DNA from: Bdellovibrionales bacterium
GTDB lineage: Bacteria; Bdellovibrionota; Bdellovibrionia; Bdellovibrionales; DASUEL01
Assembly: GCA_050250255.1 (NCBI GenBank)
Contig: JBFWOZ010000002.1
Span: 6,116 to 70,115 of the forward strand
Direction: 5' to 3'
DNA length: 64,000 nucleotides
Part shown: positions 36,671 to 47,309 of the stretch, one piece after another
Layout of the letters: each line of letters begins with the position of its first letter
How positions within the stretch are numbered: the first letter of the stretch is position 1
Notes under the pieces: generated by a model
Database searches by the model: none
What the model was told of the DNA's origin: nothing
Seen by the model: only the letters and a program-made list of their open reading frames with translations
Program-made: the position numbers and the translations under genes

Positions 36671-39100
36671 ATGAGCTTTGATGATAAAGCATTAGATATT
36701 CCAGCGACACTTCCCATGCTCCCCGTGCGAGATATAGTGGTTTTCCCCTATATGATCTTGCCACTTTTTGTAGGAAGAGATTCTTCCATTAAGGCAGTTG
36801 AAGAAGCGCTCGCGAAGAATCGATTGATCTTTTTGGCCTCACAGATCGATCTTCATGAAGAAAACCCGTCACCTGAAACCATCTATAAAACAGGTACGAT
36901 TGCGATGATCATGCGCATGCGAAAGCTTGCAGATGGTCGCGTAAAAATCTTGATTCAAGGTGTAGCAAAGGGACGCGTAAAAAATTATGTGAAGTCGAAT
37001 CCCTACCTCGAAGTAGAGGTTGAAAAAATCACCGAACAGAAACCAGCGCCGGGTTCCATTGAAACAGAAGCACTTATCCGTAACGCCAAAGAGCATCTTG
37101 AAAAAATCATCGCTCACGGAAAAATGCTTTCTCCAGACATTCTCTTGGTTCTTGATGATGTCAGTGATCCAGGAAGACTCGCTGATTTGATCGCGAGCAA
37201 CTTAGGCCTCAAGGTCGCAGATGCACAAAAAGTATTAGACACCTTTGATTATCGCGAGAGACTAAAACTCGTAAATGAACTTCTTGCTAACGAACTCGAA
37301 CTCCTCGCTATGCAAGCTCGCATCCGTAACTCTGCAAAAGATGAGATGACGAAGAGCCAGAAGGAATACTTCTTAAGAGAGCAGATGCGTGCTATAAAGT
37401 CAGAGCTTGGTGAAAACGATTCCAAGACTGAAGAGATCGAAGAGTTAAGAGAAAAAGTTCAATCTGCTTCTATGACTCCAGAAGTCGAGACAGAAGCTCT
37501 CAAACAGCTTGGTCGTCTCGAGCGCATGCACCCGGACGCTAGCGAAGCCTCGATGGTTCGTACTTATCTTGATTGGTTGATTGATCTTCCTTGGAACAAA
37601 AAATCTGAAGACAATTTAGACCTAGATCATGCTCGAAATGTTCTTGAAGAAGATCACCATGATCTTGAAAAAATCAAAGAACGTATCTTAGAGTTCCTTG
37701 CTGTAAGAAAATTAAAAGGCAAAGAAATGCTCAAAGGTCCAATTCTTTGTTTCGTAGGGCCTCCTGGTGTTGGTAAAACATCTCTTGGTCGCAGCATCGC
37801 ACGCGCCATGGGCCGTAAGTACTGCCGTATTTCTCTCGGTGGCGTGAAGGACGAAGCAGAAATCCGCGGTCATCGTCGTACTTATGTAGGTGCGATGCCA
37901 GGAAAAATCATTCACGCATTGAAGCAGTCAAAAACAAACAATCCTGTCTTTATCTTGGATGAAATTGATAAATTAGGAAGCGATTTCCGTGGAGATCCAA
38001 GTGCAGCGATGCTTGAGGTGTTAGATCCTGAGCAAAACTCCACTTTTAGAGATCACTATCTGAACGTCGACTTTGACTTGAGTAACGTCATGTTCCTCGC
38101 AACAGCGAACGTTCTTGAGAATATTCCTCAAGCTCTCCGCGATCGTATGGAAGTGATTCAGCTTTCTGGTTATACAGAGGAAGACAAACTCATAATTGCG
38201 AAAAAGCATCTTGTACAACGCCAAATGGAAAACAATGGTGTAGATGCAGAAGATATCACATTCACAGATGCTGGTCTTCGCCAAGTTATCACAGGATACA
38301 CTCGCGAAGCTGGTCTCCGTAACCTTGAAAGAGAGATTGGTAGCCTTTGCCGTAAAGTCGCTAAAGACGTAGTTCTTGGTAAGACAACAAAGCAAACGAT
38401 CACTGCAGACGTTGTTGAAAAACTTCTTGGCCCCGTGCGCTTCCAAAAAGAGGAAGAGATGGGAGATAGCCAAGTCGGTGTTGCAACAGGTCTGGCTTGG
38501 ACTCAGTTCGGTGGGGAAGTTCTCTACATCGAAACACTCAAAATGCGTGGTAAAGGTGAGCTCGTTCTTACGGGCCAATTGGGTGACGTCATGAAGGAGT
38601 CAGCAAGAGCCGCCATGTCTTACGCTAAGGCACACTACAAAGAGCTCGGAATCGATGACGAATGGATTGGTAGCCACGAAGTACACGTACACATCCCTGC
38701 AGGAGCGATCCCTAAGGACGGTCCATCTGCCGGTATCACAATGGCGACATCACTCATCAGCTTGATGACGGATACGCCAGTGAGAAAAGATGTTGCGATG
38801 ACGGGTGAGTTGACTCTTACGGGTCGCGTTCTCCCAATCGGTGGCTTAAAAGAGAAAGCTCTTGCGGCACTCCGACATGGAGTCAAAGATGTGATCATTC
38901 CTGAGCAAAACGTGAAGGACTTGGCCGACATACCAGAAGAGTTTAGAAAGAAGCTCAACTTCATCCCTGTGAAACACTTGGAAGAAGTTTTGGAAGTGGC
39001 GTTCGAAAAAGGTCACAAGTTCAAAAAAGCTTCTGGCAGTAGCACCCCATCGGGCGGACGCTCAAGCCGCAAGCCAAAAGTGGCTTCACCAGCAGCATAA
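36671..39100 (+). CDS. lon: ATP-dependent protease La
   Basis: GPPGVGKT, RGHRRTYVGAMPG, LDEIDK, PKDGPSAG, GGLKEK; GAAGGAG RBS before ATG 36671. Confidence 0.98.
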   Translation: MSFDDKALDIPATLPMLPVRDIVVFPYMILPLFVGRDSSIKAVEEALAKNRLIFLASQIDLHEENPSPETIYKTGTIAMIMRMRKLADGRVKILIQGVAKGRVKNYVKSNPYLEVEVEKITEQKPAPGSIETEALIRNAKEHLEKIIAHGKMLSPDILLVLDDVSDPGRLADLIASNLGLKVADAQKVLDTFDYRERLKLVNELLANELELLAMQARIRNSAKDEMTKSQKEYFLREQMRAIKSELGENDSKTEEIEELREKVQSASMTPEVETEALKQLGRLERMHPDASEASMVRTYLDWLIDLPWNKKSEDNLDLDHARNVLEEDHHDLEKIKERILEFLAVRKLKGKEMLKGPILCFVGPPGVGKTSLGRSIARAMGRKYCRISLGGVKDEAEIRGHRRTYVGAMPGKIIHALKQSKTNNPVFILDEIDKLGSDFRGDPSAAMLEVLDPEQNSTFRDHYLNVDFDLSNVMFLATANVLENIPQALRDRMEVIQLSGYTEEDKLIIAKKHLVQRQMENNGVDAEDITFTDAGLRQVITGYTREAGLRNLEREIGSLCRKVAKDVVLGKTTKQTITADVVEKLLGPVRFQKEEEMGDSQVGVATGLAWTQFGGEVLYIETLKMRGKGELVLTGQLGDVMKESARAAMSYAKAHYKELGIDDEWIGSHEVHVHIPAGAIPKDGPSAGITMATSLISLMTDTPVRKDVAMTGELTLTGRVLPIGGLKEKALAALRHGVKDVIIPEQNVKDLADIPEEFRKKLNFIPVKHLEEVLEVAFEKGHKFKKASGSSTPSGGRSSRKPKVASPAA

Positions 39101-39127
39101 GTTTTAATTAAAATTCAAAGAATTCAC

Positions 39128-39157
39128 AAAAGGCGCGGTAAAAGCGCCTTTTATTTT
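39128..39157 (+). terminator. Intrinsic terminator after lon
   Basis: AAAAGGCGC-ggtaaaa-GCGCCTTTT followed by ATTTT. Confidence 0.75.
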
Positions 39158-39275
39158 CTTTATGCGGAAATATTGACGTAGATTGGCACCCTCGAGCGCC
39201 TTACTTTCTCTAAAACCTTAATAAGCTTCACGCGTACGGCCCCCGCTTTGCTATTATTTCATTCCTGAGGTCGGC

Positions 39276-40247
39276 TTGGGACGAAACATTTTTTTATTCT
39301 TATGTGCTTGTTGGGTTTCTAATGTGAGGGCGTCTGAAGTGTCGCGCCTTTGTGGTTTTATAGGAACAAACTCTTATTCTCAGTCGTGGACTATTAGCGA
39401 TCCACAAACCCTTCATCTGACCCCTGAAAGCTTCTTGCCTCCCGAATTTCTACAGAGTATTCGTCAAAAGATCGGGCCTGTAAAACTTCATATTACCCAT
39501 CTGTCTTCTAACAAACTTTATATACGTCTGACGAGCCCAAGTTTATTTGACTCAGCTAGCGAAAGGGGGGTTCTCCAATTTCATGTACAAGTGAGCTCAA
39601 CGGACGCTACAGCCCTTATTATTAATCGCCTTCGCGCAGAAAACCCTTACTTTAAACCTGCAGAACATCGCTTGCGATTTGATGAGAATGAAAAGGGCTT
39701 AACAATGAATCAAATGAGATATTTTCTTAAAGGCCTTACCAACTTCGTTCTTGCAGGAGGTTATAAAAAGATCGCCGTTGAGGGCGTACCTAATTATCAA
39801 ACACTGATGCTTTATCTTAGAATGGGCGGGTTTAAAGGAGCGAATCCTCGTGATGAGAAGCTCATACAACTTATGGCTTACTATTGGAGGTATTCTCGCA
39901 AACATCTTCCGACATATCTCCGGCCTAAAGCTCTCGAAGATTTTACGGATTTACTCTACGCAGGGAGAGGGCCCGTTAATTCCTCTGGCCAATCAAAACT
40001 AGAAGAGGTGTGGATTAATTATCAAAAAACGGGCGTGCTTCCTGAGGAAGCCCGCTTATTACAAGATTTCGATGGTGAAATTACTGGTACCAGTGGCTCT
40101 CCCATCGGGCTTATTGTTGAAACTGAAAAGCCTAAGCACCAGGTTGGTTTTGTAAATTTCGCCGAGGCCGGCCTCCCTCTTTTCGGCAATGACTGGAAGC
40201 AAGCTGAGCTTACTGAGCTCAAGCTCGTAAAAGAACTCGTTCCTTAA
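39276..40247 (+). CDS. Hypothetical exported protein
   Basis: 323-aa ORF, GAGG RBS, signal-like N-terminus; weak GNAT-like segment. Confidence 0.65.
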   Translation: MGRNIFLFLCACWVSNVRASEVSRLCGFIGTNSYSQSWTISDPQTLHLTPESFLPPEFLQSIRQKIGPVKLHITHLSSNKLYIRLTSPSLFDSASERGVLQFHVQVSSTDATALIINRLRAENPYFKPAEHRLRFDENEKGLTMNQMRYFLKGLTNFVLAGGYKKIAVEGVPNYQTLMLYLRMGGFKGANPRDEKLIQLMAYYWRYSRKHLPTYLRPKALEDFTDLLYAGRGPVNSSGQSKLEEVWINYQKTGVLPEEARLLQDFDGEITGTSGSPIGLIVETEKPKHQVGFVNFAEAGLPLFGNDWKQAELTELKLVKELVP

Positions 40248-40260
40248 CTTTATAATCATT

Positions 40261-40707
40261 TTATTCGAAGTCGAGCGAAGACTTCTGTGACATCAGGCGA
40301 GTGTTTTCGTTTTCTAAAACACGCACCAGAGTTCGGAGGTCTGAGATCTCTTCTTTGAGCTGACGAACTTGCTCGTCTTTTTCTTGAAGAATGACGGTGT
40401 AGGCTCTTTTCAATTCATCGAGCAAACGATTCGCGGCACTCAAAATGTTGTAATCTTCGGACGGCGCAGAAGTTTTTGTGACAGTTTCGAAAGACTCTTC
40501 GCGCACAGGCATTTTTGGAGTTGGTTCAAACATAGGTTCTTCCTTCATCTGAATTTCGGTAGGCGGCTCATCCATGATGTAATACTTCCCGGTTTCTAAA
40601 CGAAAGCGAATATTCTCGAGTTTGATTCGTCGACGCAGCGTTGAAATGCTAATCTTATATTTATTTGAGTAGTCAACGAGCGAAAGCCAATGAGCATTCT
40701 GAGCCAT
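40261..40707 (-). CDS. Putative HTH DNA-binding protein with C-terminal coiled coil
   Basis: WLSLVDYSNKYKISISTLRRRIK (MerR/excisionase-like HTH); heptad-rich C-terminus; GGAGG RBS before ATG 40707. Confidence 0.7.
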   Translation of the reverse strand: MAQNAHWLSLVDYSNKYKISISTLRRRIKLENIRFRLETGKYYIMDEPPTEIQMKEEPMFEPTPKMPVREESFETVTKTSAPSEDYNILSAANRLLDELKRAYTVILQEKDEQVRQLKEEISDLRTLVRVLENENTRLMSQKSSLDFE

Positions 40708-40819
40708 AGTTCCTCCGAATAGGCACATCCTAACATCCAACCCTCGGCCTTTGTAAACATATTTGAATATCCTTTTGAATAACCTTGGCTAGGGTCTTCT
40801 CAAGACGTAATCTAAAGGG

Positions 40820-42028
40820 ATGCGCCTTGAAGGTAAGAAGAAAGTGGGCTTGGTTTTAAGCGGCGGTGGAATTAAGGCTGCGGCCTTTCACTGTGGTGTT
40901 TGCCTTGCTCTCCAGGAAAAAGGATTTGTGTTTGCGGGGGGAACCCACGATGAGGTCGCTCGTTACCCTAAAGATCCCATGACTATTCAAACCTATGTGG
41001 GTTCAAGTGCGGGAGCGATCATTAGTTCCTTTTTAGCTTCTGGATATTCAGTAGAAGCGATGATCGATGCCTTTGAAATGGGCGCGGGTGGATTAAAGCC
41101 TAAGAAGCACGGCGCCAAAAGACGCTCTTCTGCACAGCTGAAATCACTGAGTTATTTCGATCTTTTCTCCGTCAATGGAATCAATTTTTTACACATGATC
41201 CCCAAATTTTTGCAGAGCAAGTCCGTGGTTCTCAGCGGTGGAATCGAAGCCTTTTTAAAACATGGCTTTAAAATCAATGGCCTCTTCACCACCAAGGGGA
41301 TCGAAAGATACCTCAGACGTCACGTTTTACCGACCAATCATTTTCGTGAATTAGGCGTTGAGCTTTTCATCGTTGCAACCCAATTAAATCATAGTCGCAA
41401 AGTGGTGTTCGGGCCTTACACTGAAACAACAAAAGAAGCCGGCATTAAGCGCGCGGACTTCTCTACTATCAGCGATGCCGTCGCCGCCTCCGCAAGTCTT
41501 CCTCCCGTTTTTGCTCCTTATGGAATTCGTAACCAAAAAGGGAAAGAGCTTTTCTTTTTTGACGGAGAAATTCGCGACACGATGTCGTCTCACGTGGCCG
41601 TGGAAAACGGCTGTGATTTGGTGATTTCAAGCAACTCGATTCAGCCCTATCATTTTAATAAAGAGATGGGGAGCCTTCACAACTACGGAATCCCAATCAT
41701 TTTAAACCAAGCTCTCTATCAAGTGGTGGAACAAAAAGTATTTAAGGCGATTCAGTACAACCAAGATATCAAATCGTTATTGAACGTGGTTGATGGTTAC
41801 TTTCGTCAGGCGAATCTCCCTGAAGAGCATCGACTAAAAATTCTGGATATTATGGCCGAACGAGTGAACTTCCGCCGTGGAGTTGATCACATCTACATCC
41901 ATCCAAACCCACAAGATTACCAAATGTTCTTCGTCGATCACTTCAGCCTGAACCCAAAGATCTTAGGCGACATCGTTCGCATCGGCTTTCGAAGCGCCAT
42001 CCAAGCCCTCCGCAAACATCACGTTTAA
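40820..42028 (+). CDS. Patatin-like phospholipase
   Basis: LVLSGGG, GSSAG nucleophile elbow, AASASLP, FDG. Confidence 0.9.
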   Translation: MRLEGKKKVGLVLSGGGIKAAAFHCGVCLALQEKGFVFAGGTHDEVARYPKDPMTIQTYVGSSAGAIISSFLASGYSVEAMIDAFEMGAGGLKPKKHGAKRRSSAQLKSLSYFDLFSVNGINFLHMIPKFLQSKSVVLSGGIEAFLKHGFKINGLFTTKGIERYLRRHVLPTNHFRELGVELFIVATQLNHSRKVVFGPYTETTKEAGIKRADFSTISDAVAASASLPPVFAPYGIRNQKGKELFFFDGEIRDTMSSHVAVENGCDLVISSNSIQPYHFNKEMGSLHNYGIPIILNQALYQVVEQKVFKAIQYNQDIKSLLNVVDGYFRQANLPEEHRLKILDIMAERVNFRRGVDHIYIHPNPQDYQMFFVDHFSLNPKILGDIVRIGFRSAIQALRKHHV

Positions 42029-42065
42029 CAGCATCACGACTTCCGTGGGCAATGTATAAAAATGC

Positions 42066-43544
42066 TTACAGGAAGAGCTGATGCACAGATCGTTGGATCA
42101 GCTTGAAGAATGGGCTTGAGACGACACCGATCACGATCACCGCCACTGAAGCTGCGAGGATGATGGTCTTCGCGCTGATGTTGGATGTGATGGGACGAGG
42201 CTCGCCTTCGACCATGTACATCGTGACGATCGGTCTTAAGTAGTAATACACACTGACAACAGAACCAATCACACCCCATACCGCAAGCCAAACGTAGCCT
42301 TGAGCGATCGCTGTGGAGAAGAGATAGAGTTTCCCGAAGAAGCCAACGGTTGGTGGAATTCCCGCAAGACTTAATAAGAAAATTGTAAATCCAAGCGCAA
42401 GACCCGGATACTTATGTGCAAGTCCTTTAAGATCTTCAACGTGAAGGATGGTATCTTCATGTTTTTCAAAAAGCGAAATCATCGCAAAGGCACCAAGGTT
42501 CATGATCGCGTAAGCCACGAGGTAAAAAACGAGTGAGCTTACGGCTCCTTCGCCCCCACCGGTACCTGCTGTGATCACACCAATAAAAAGATATCCGCTA
42601 TGTGCAACGCTCGAGTAGGCAAGCATGCGTTTGAGATTTTCCTGCATGACCGCAGCGATATTCCCCACAAGAATGGTGAGAACCGCAAGCCACTGCATGA
42701 GGTCCACGATAACTTCGGATTTTCCAAAATTCATAAATAGCACAAACTTTAAGAAAGCCATAAAGCTTGCGGTCTTAACCGCAGTTGCCATGAAGGCCGT
42801 GACCGGAGTTGCGGCCCCCTGATACACATCGGGAGTCCAAACGTGAAACGGGAAGATCGCTGTTTTAAAACAAAAGCCCGCCATCATCAAAACCCAACCG
42901 ATAACAAACAATCGATTGCTGTCCATGAGTGAAGCGCTTACATTTTTTAATACAAGAAGCTCTGTCGTTCCGGAAACACCAAAAATAAACGCAAGGCCGT
43001 ATAATAAAATAGCCGCGGAGAATCCACCCAAAATAAAGTATTTAAACGCAGCTTCTTTAGAGAGCCGTTGCTCATGGCTCATGCCGATGAGGAGATAAAG
43101 AGAGATCGACATGATCTCAATCCCAATAAACATGACTAAAAGGTCATTCGCCCAAATAAGGGTCATCATTCCGATCACAGAATTCAAAATCAAAAACACG
43201 AACTCCGAGTAATGATCCCCACGCACATTAATATTTTCATGCGCCATGATGAGTGAGGCCGCTGCCGAAATAAGCACGATGATGATCGCGGGATAAGAAG
43301 AACCATCTATAATCAGGGCATCGCTAAACGCGCCGACGTTTCCGGCTTCCATGCTGAGAAAAACCCAGCCAATCGCTACACCAATTCCCGAAAGGCCCTG
43401 AAGAAGGGTTGCAATAGGCCTTTGTTCTTTTTGACGAATACTTTTAATAATGAGAGGTAAAAGGCTCGCGAAAAAAATAATCACCATTGGAAAAATGGTC
43501 AAAATATCAAAAACGTCTGTTTTAAATGTCGTAAGCAAGTTCAT
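42066..43544 (-). CDS. nuoN: NADH-quinone oxidoreductase subunit N
   Basis: FIGIE, EAAFKYF, FKTAIFPFHVWTPDVYQGA, KRMLAYSS, AGIPPTVGFFGK. Confidence 0.96.
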   Translation of the reverse strand: MNLLTTFKTDVFDILTIFPMVIIFFASLLPLIIKSIRQKEQRPIATLLQGLSGIGVAIGWVFLSMEAGNVGAFSDALIIDGSSYPAIIIVLISAAASLIMAHENINVRGDHYSEFVFLILNSVIGMMTLIWANDLLVMFIGIEIMSISLYLLIGMSHEQRLSKEAAFKYFILGGFSAAILLYGLAFIFGVSGTTELLVLKNVSASLMDSNRLFVIGWVLMMAGFCFKTAIFPFHVWTPDVYQGAATPVTAFMATAVKTASFMAFLKFVLFMNFGKSEVIVDLMQWLAVLTILVGNIAAVMQENLKRMLAYSSVAHSGYLFIGVITAGTGGGEGAVSSLVFYLVAYAIMNLGAFAMISLFEKHEDTILHVEDLKGLAHKYPGLALGFTIFLLSLAGIPPTVGFFGKLYLFSTAIAQGYVWLAVWGVIGSVVSVYYYLRPIVTMYMVEGEPRPITSNISAKTIILAASVAVIVIGVVSSPFFKLIQRSVHQLFL

Positions 43545-45071
43545 CTACTTCGCCTCTTCTTCATAAACCGTCAACTGATACTGGCCTTTGTTTGCCATGA
43601 GGTGATCAATGCTTGTCTGTGACCAACTTAAAAAACTTTGCGGGTAAACACCCATCCAGATCGCTAAGACAAGAAGGGGTGCAAGGACAAGCCCTTCACG
43701 CAAGGTAAGATCATGAAGATGCGATTTATGTTCTTTTACAATTGGGCCTTCTTCGCCAAAGAAAACTCGCTTAACCATCCACAGCATGTAAGCCGCACCA
43801 AAGATCACTCCCGTAACAGCCACATAAGCAAATTCTTTTTTGTACAGGTAAGTTCCAAAGAGAATGAGGAACTCACCGATAAATCCGTTTGTTCCTGGCA
43901 CGGCAATACTTGAAAGGGTCACGATCACAAACGCAATTGTATAAAGCGGCATCACCGACGCGAGGCCACCGTAGTCTTTGATTTCTCGCGAGTGAGTTCG
44001 CTCATAGATCATACCTACTAACAAGAACAGCGCGCCGGTGCTGACACCGTGATTAAGCATTTGGTAAAGAGCGCCGGTCACTCCGTAAGTGTTCAGCGCA
44101 AAAAGTCCGAGCACCACGTAACCCATGTGAGAAACAGAGGAGTAGGCCACAAGTTTTTTGATGTCCGGTTGAACCATCGCCACGAGAGCACCGTACACAA
44201 TTCCGATCAATGCGAGGATACAAATTAACGGGCCCCAGTAGGTCGTTGCCTCTGGAAAAAGAGGAATCACAAATCGCAAAAATCCATAGGTTCCAAGTTT
44301 GAGCATGACCCCAGCAAGAATGACGGAGCCTGGTGTCGGTGCTTCGACGTGAGCGTCTGGCAACCATGTGTGGAGTGGGAAGAGTGGCACCTTAATCGAG
44401 AATGCGAGCGTGAATGCAAAAAACATGAGTGTTTGAGGATTCATGATCTCCCCGCCCACAAAAGGAATTTGAAGCTTATAGAAGTCGAGAAGGCTGCTGC
44501 TCACATATCCTAGTTGGTCGAAGGTCATGTACATCATGGAGATCATCGCGATGAGCATCAACACCGAACCGAACATCGTATAAATGAAAAACTTGATCGT
44601 TGCGTATATGCGTCTCTTGCCACCCCAAATACCCACGATAAAATACATTGGGATCAGTGAGGCTTCGAAAAAGACGTAAAACAAAATTGCATCAATCGAG
44701 AGAAACGAGCCGATAAGGGCCGTTTCAAGAATCATCATGTGGATTGCAAAGTGCCGGAAGTTTTTCTCGATGGAAACCCACGAACCTAAAATAATAATGG
44801 GAGTCAGGACCGCTGTGAGAACGACAAGCCAAAGTGAAATTCCATCAATGCCTAAAAAGTATTGAATTCCAAAAGACTCCACCCACATGTGTTTTTCTAC
44901 TAATTGAAGTGCTGCGGAGTTTTTATCAAAGCGACAGAAGAGACAGAAGCTGACAGCAAGCTGCACGAGAGAAAAGATAAGGGCGGCTGGACGAACCCAC
45001 GACTCTTTTCTGACACAACAGAGAAGGCCAGCAAACACGAGAGGTAAAAAAGTAATAAGCGTTAATAACAT
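43545..45071 (-). CDS. nuoM: NADH-quinone oxidoreductase subunit M
   Basis: LGIDGIS, FYVFFE, IKVPLFPLHTWLPDAHVEAPT, KKLVAYSS, GFIGE. Confidence 0.97.
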   Translation of the reverse strand: MLLTLITFLPLVFAGLLCCVRKESWVRPAALIFSLVQLAVSFCLFCRFDKNSAALQLVEKHMWVESFGIQYFLGIDGISLWLVVLTAVLTPIIILGSWVSIEKNFRHFAIHMMILETALIGSFLSIDAILFYVFFEASLIPMYFIVGIWGGKRRIYATIKFFIYTMFGSVLMLIAMISMMYMTFDQLGYVSSSLLDFYKLQIPFVGGEIMNPQTLMFFAFTLAFSIKVPLFPLHTWLPDAHVEAPTPGSVILAGVMLKLGTYGFLRFVIPLFPEATTYWGPLICILALIGIVYGALVAMVQPDIKKLVAYSSVSHMGYVVLGLFALNTYGVTGALYQMLNHGVSTGALFLLVGMIYERTHSREIKDYGGLASVMPLYTIAFVIVTLSSIAVPGTNGFIGEFLILFGTYLYKKEFAYVAVTGVIFGAAYMLWMVKRVFFGEEGPIVKEHKSHLHDLTLREGLVLAPLLVLAIWMGVYPQSFLSWSQTSIDHLMANKGQYQLTVYEEEAK

Positions 45072-45072
45072 G

Positions 45073-46998
45073 TTACACCAACACCAAAAACACAACCAAA
45101 CCAATCACCATGTAGAACAGATACTGCTGGAGGTTACCATTTTGTAACTGTCGTAAACCCAAGCCGCATTGTTTTACATAGTCCGACAAAAGATAAGTCG
45201 CACGATCAATGATATTCACGTCAACACGGCCCCAGAGAAAACGGCTCGCTTTAATCAGGGGATTGATAATGGACGCAAAATACATTTCGTCGACGTAGTA
45301 TTTGTTTTCTACAAGAGTTTTTAAGCCACCCATAGAGCTTGTGAGCTTGCCCAATAACGCGTTCGGTTTTGCATAGAGAAAAAACGCAAACCACGCTGAG
45401 AGACCCGCAAGAGAAACCGAAATTCCCATAAAAATCCACTCGAGAATCACACTACCGTGCGCTCCTTCAGATGGAATTTTCACAATTCTTGGCTCGAGCC
45501 AATGTTCCAACATATTTGGAATGTGACCAGGGAGGACCGCAGAAATCACATGCGGAATTCCAATCCAACCACCGATCACCGAAAGAAGCGCGAGGACCGA
45601 GAGTGGAATCAACATGCTTGGAGGTGATTCATGGGGATGAACATCTTTAGAAACACGGCTTTTACCCCAGAAGGTCAGTGCCATAAGACGTGTCATATAG
45701 AAGGCCGTACAAACCGCGCCAACAACTCCCATAATCCAGAAAATAATATGTCCACGTGGGGAAGCGTAAGCTTGCCACAAAATTTCATCTTTACTAAAGA
45801 AGCCTGCAAAAGGCGGCATACCGATAATCGCAAGCCAACCCATTAAGAATGTGAAGTAAGTGATCGGCATCTTTTTCGAGAGGCCACCCATCTTCGTCAT
45901 ATCTTGTTCATGGTGCATTCCGTGAATCACTGAACCGGCACCCAAGAACATGAGAGCTTTAAAAAACGCATGCGTCATAAGGTGAAACATTCCTGCACCA
46001 AAAGCGCCAACGCCCACACCTAAGAACATGTAGCCCAACTGAGAAACCGTTGAGTACGCCAAAACTTTTTTGATGTCGTTCTGTGCAAGACCAATGGTCG
46101 CCGCAAAAACGGCCGTCAGCGCACCAACGAGAGCCACAACAAACATCGCTGTTGGGGCAACGACATAGAGGGCGTTCAGGCGAACAATCATGTACACGCC
46201 CGCGGTCACCATGGTCGCTGCGTGAATGAGAGCCGAAACTGGCGTTGGACCCGCCATCGCATCAGGAAGCCAAACGTAAAGTGGAATCTGTGCCGACTTT
46301 CCCATCGCGCCAACAAATAAAAAGAGACACGCAAGCGTGATTGGACCAAAAGTGGCTTCTGCAATCGTCGGCGCGTTCGCCGCGAGGGTTGCAAACTGCA
46401 AGGTGCCGAACTGTTGGAATAAAAGAAAAATCCCTAAAAGTAATCCTGCATCACCGATACGGTTTGTAATGAAGGCTTTCATGCCGGCAGCGGCCTTTTC
46501 ACCATCCGTGAACCAGTAACCGATAAGAAGATAAGAGCAGAGCCCCACGCCTTCCCATCCCACAAACATCACAAGAAGATTTTCTCCAAGAACGAGAAGA
46601 AGCATATTGAAAACGAAAAAGTTTAAATATGCAAAAAACTTAAACGGCGTGTGATCGTGAGACATGTAGCCCACGCTAAAAAGATGAATGAGAGAGCCTA
46701 CGCCCGTAATGATTAAAATCATGATGGCAGAAATCTGATCCACCACGAAACCCATTGGAATACGTAAAGCTCCAACATGGATCCAAGTAAAAAAGTCGAC
46801 GCGAATCTCACGAGACTCTACTGGCATGCCCGCAAGCTGAATCACAAGAGTCAGGGCAGATAAAAAAGAAATCACCATTGCACTGGTGGCAATTGTCCCG
46901 GCTATTTTTGCGTTGTGTCCGCGAAAACAAAAACCGTTGATGGTAAATCCAACCAGCGGACTTAACACTAATAAAGACATCAACAGAGCGTGGCTCAT
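45073..46998 (-). CDS. nuoL: NADH-quinone oxidoreductase subunit L
   Basis: GWEGVGLCSYLLI, GKSAQIPLYVWLPDAMAGPTPVSALIHAATMV, HAFFKAL, FFSKD. Confidence 0.97.
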   Translation of the reverse strand: MSHALLMSLLVLSPLVGFTINGFCFRGHNAKIAGTIATSAMVISFLSALTLVIQLAGMPVESREIRVDFFTWIHVGALRIPMGFVVDQISAIMILIITGVGSLIHLFSVGYMSHDHTPFKFFAYLNFFVFNMLLLVLGENLLVMFVGWEGVGLCSYLLIGYWFTDGEKAAAGMKAFITNRIGDAGLLLGIFLLFQQFGTLQFATLAANAPTIAEATFGPITLACLFLFVGAMGKSAQIPLYVWLPDAMAGPTPVSALIHAATMVTAGVYMIVRLNALYVVAPTAMFVVALVGALTAVFAATIGLAQNDIKKVLAYSTVSQLGYMFLGVGVGAFGAGMFHLMTHAFFKALMFLGAGSVIHGMHHEQDMTKMGGLSKKMPITYFTFLMGWLAIIGMPPFAGFFSKDEILWQAYASPRGHIIFWIMGVVGAVCTAFYMTRLMALTFWGKSRVSKDVHPHESPPSMLIPLSVLALLSVIGGWIGIPHVISAVLPGHIPNMLEHWLEPRIVKIPSEGAHGSVILEWIFMGISVSLAGLSAWFAFFLYAKPNALLGKLTSSMGGLKTLVENKYYVDEMYFASIINPLIKASRFLWGRVDVNIIDRATYLLSDYVKQCGLGLRQLQNGNLQQYLFYMVIGLVVFLVLV

Positions 46999-47000
46999 TC

Positions 47001-47309
47001 CTAACCCTTCAACAATTCAAAGTTCTTAATATCAATTTCTTTAAATCTTTTAAGTACCGCAACCGCAAGCGCAAGACCCACGGCCGCTTCACAGGCCGCA
47101 ATCGTCATTACAAAAAACACCACGATGCTTCCGGTCCCATTTGCATAGTATTTTCCAAATGCCACAAACGTGATGTTCACCGCATTGAGCATTAATTCGA
47201 TCGACATTAAAATCACAATCGCGTTTTTACGAGTGAGTACACCAATAAGGCCTACAGAGAATAAGAGCGCACCAAGAATGAGGTAATGCGTAAGTCCAAC
47301 CTCAAGCAT
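47001..47309 (-). CDS. nuoK: NADH-quinone oxidoreductase subunit K
   Basis: MSIELMLNA, AACEAAVGLA; AGGAGG RBS before ATG 47309. Confidence 0.96.
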   Translation of the reverse strand: MLEVGLTHYLILGALLFSVGLIGVLTRKNAIVILMSIELMLNAVNITFVAFGKYYANGTGSIVVFFVMTIAACEAAVGLALAVAVLKRFKEIDIKNFELLKG

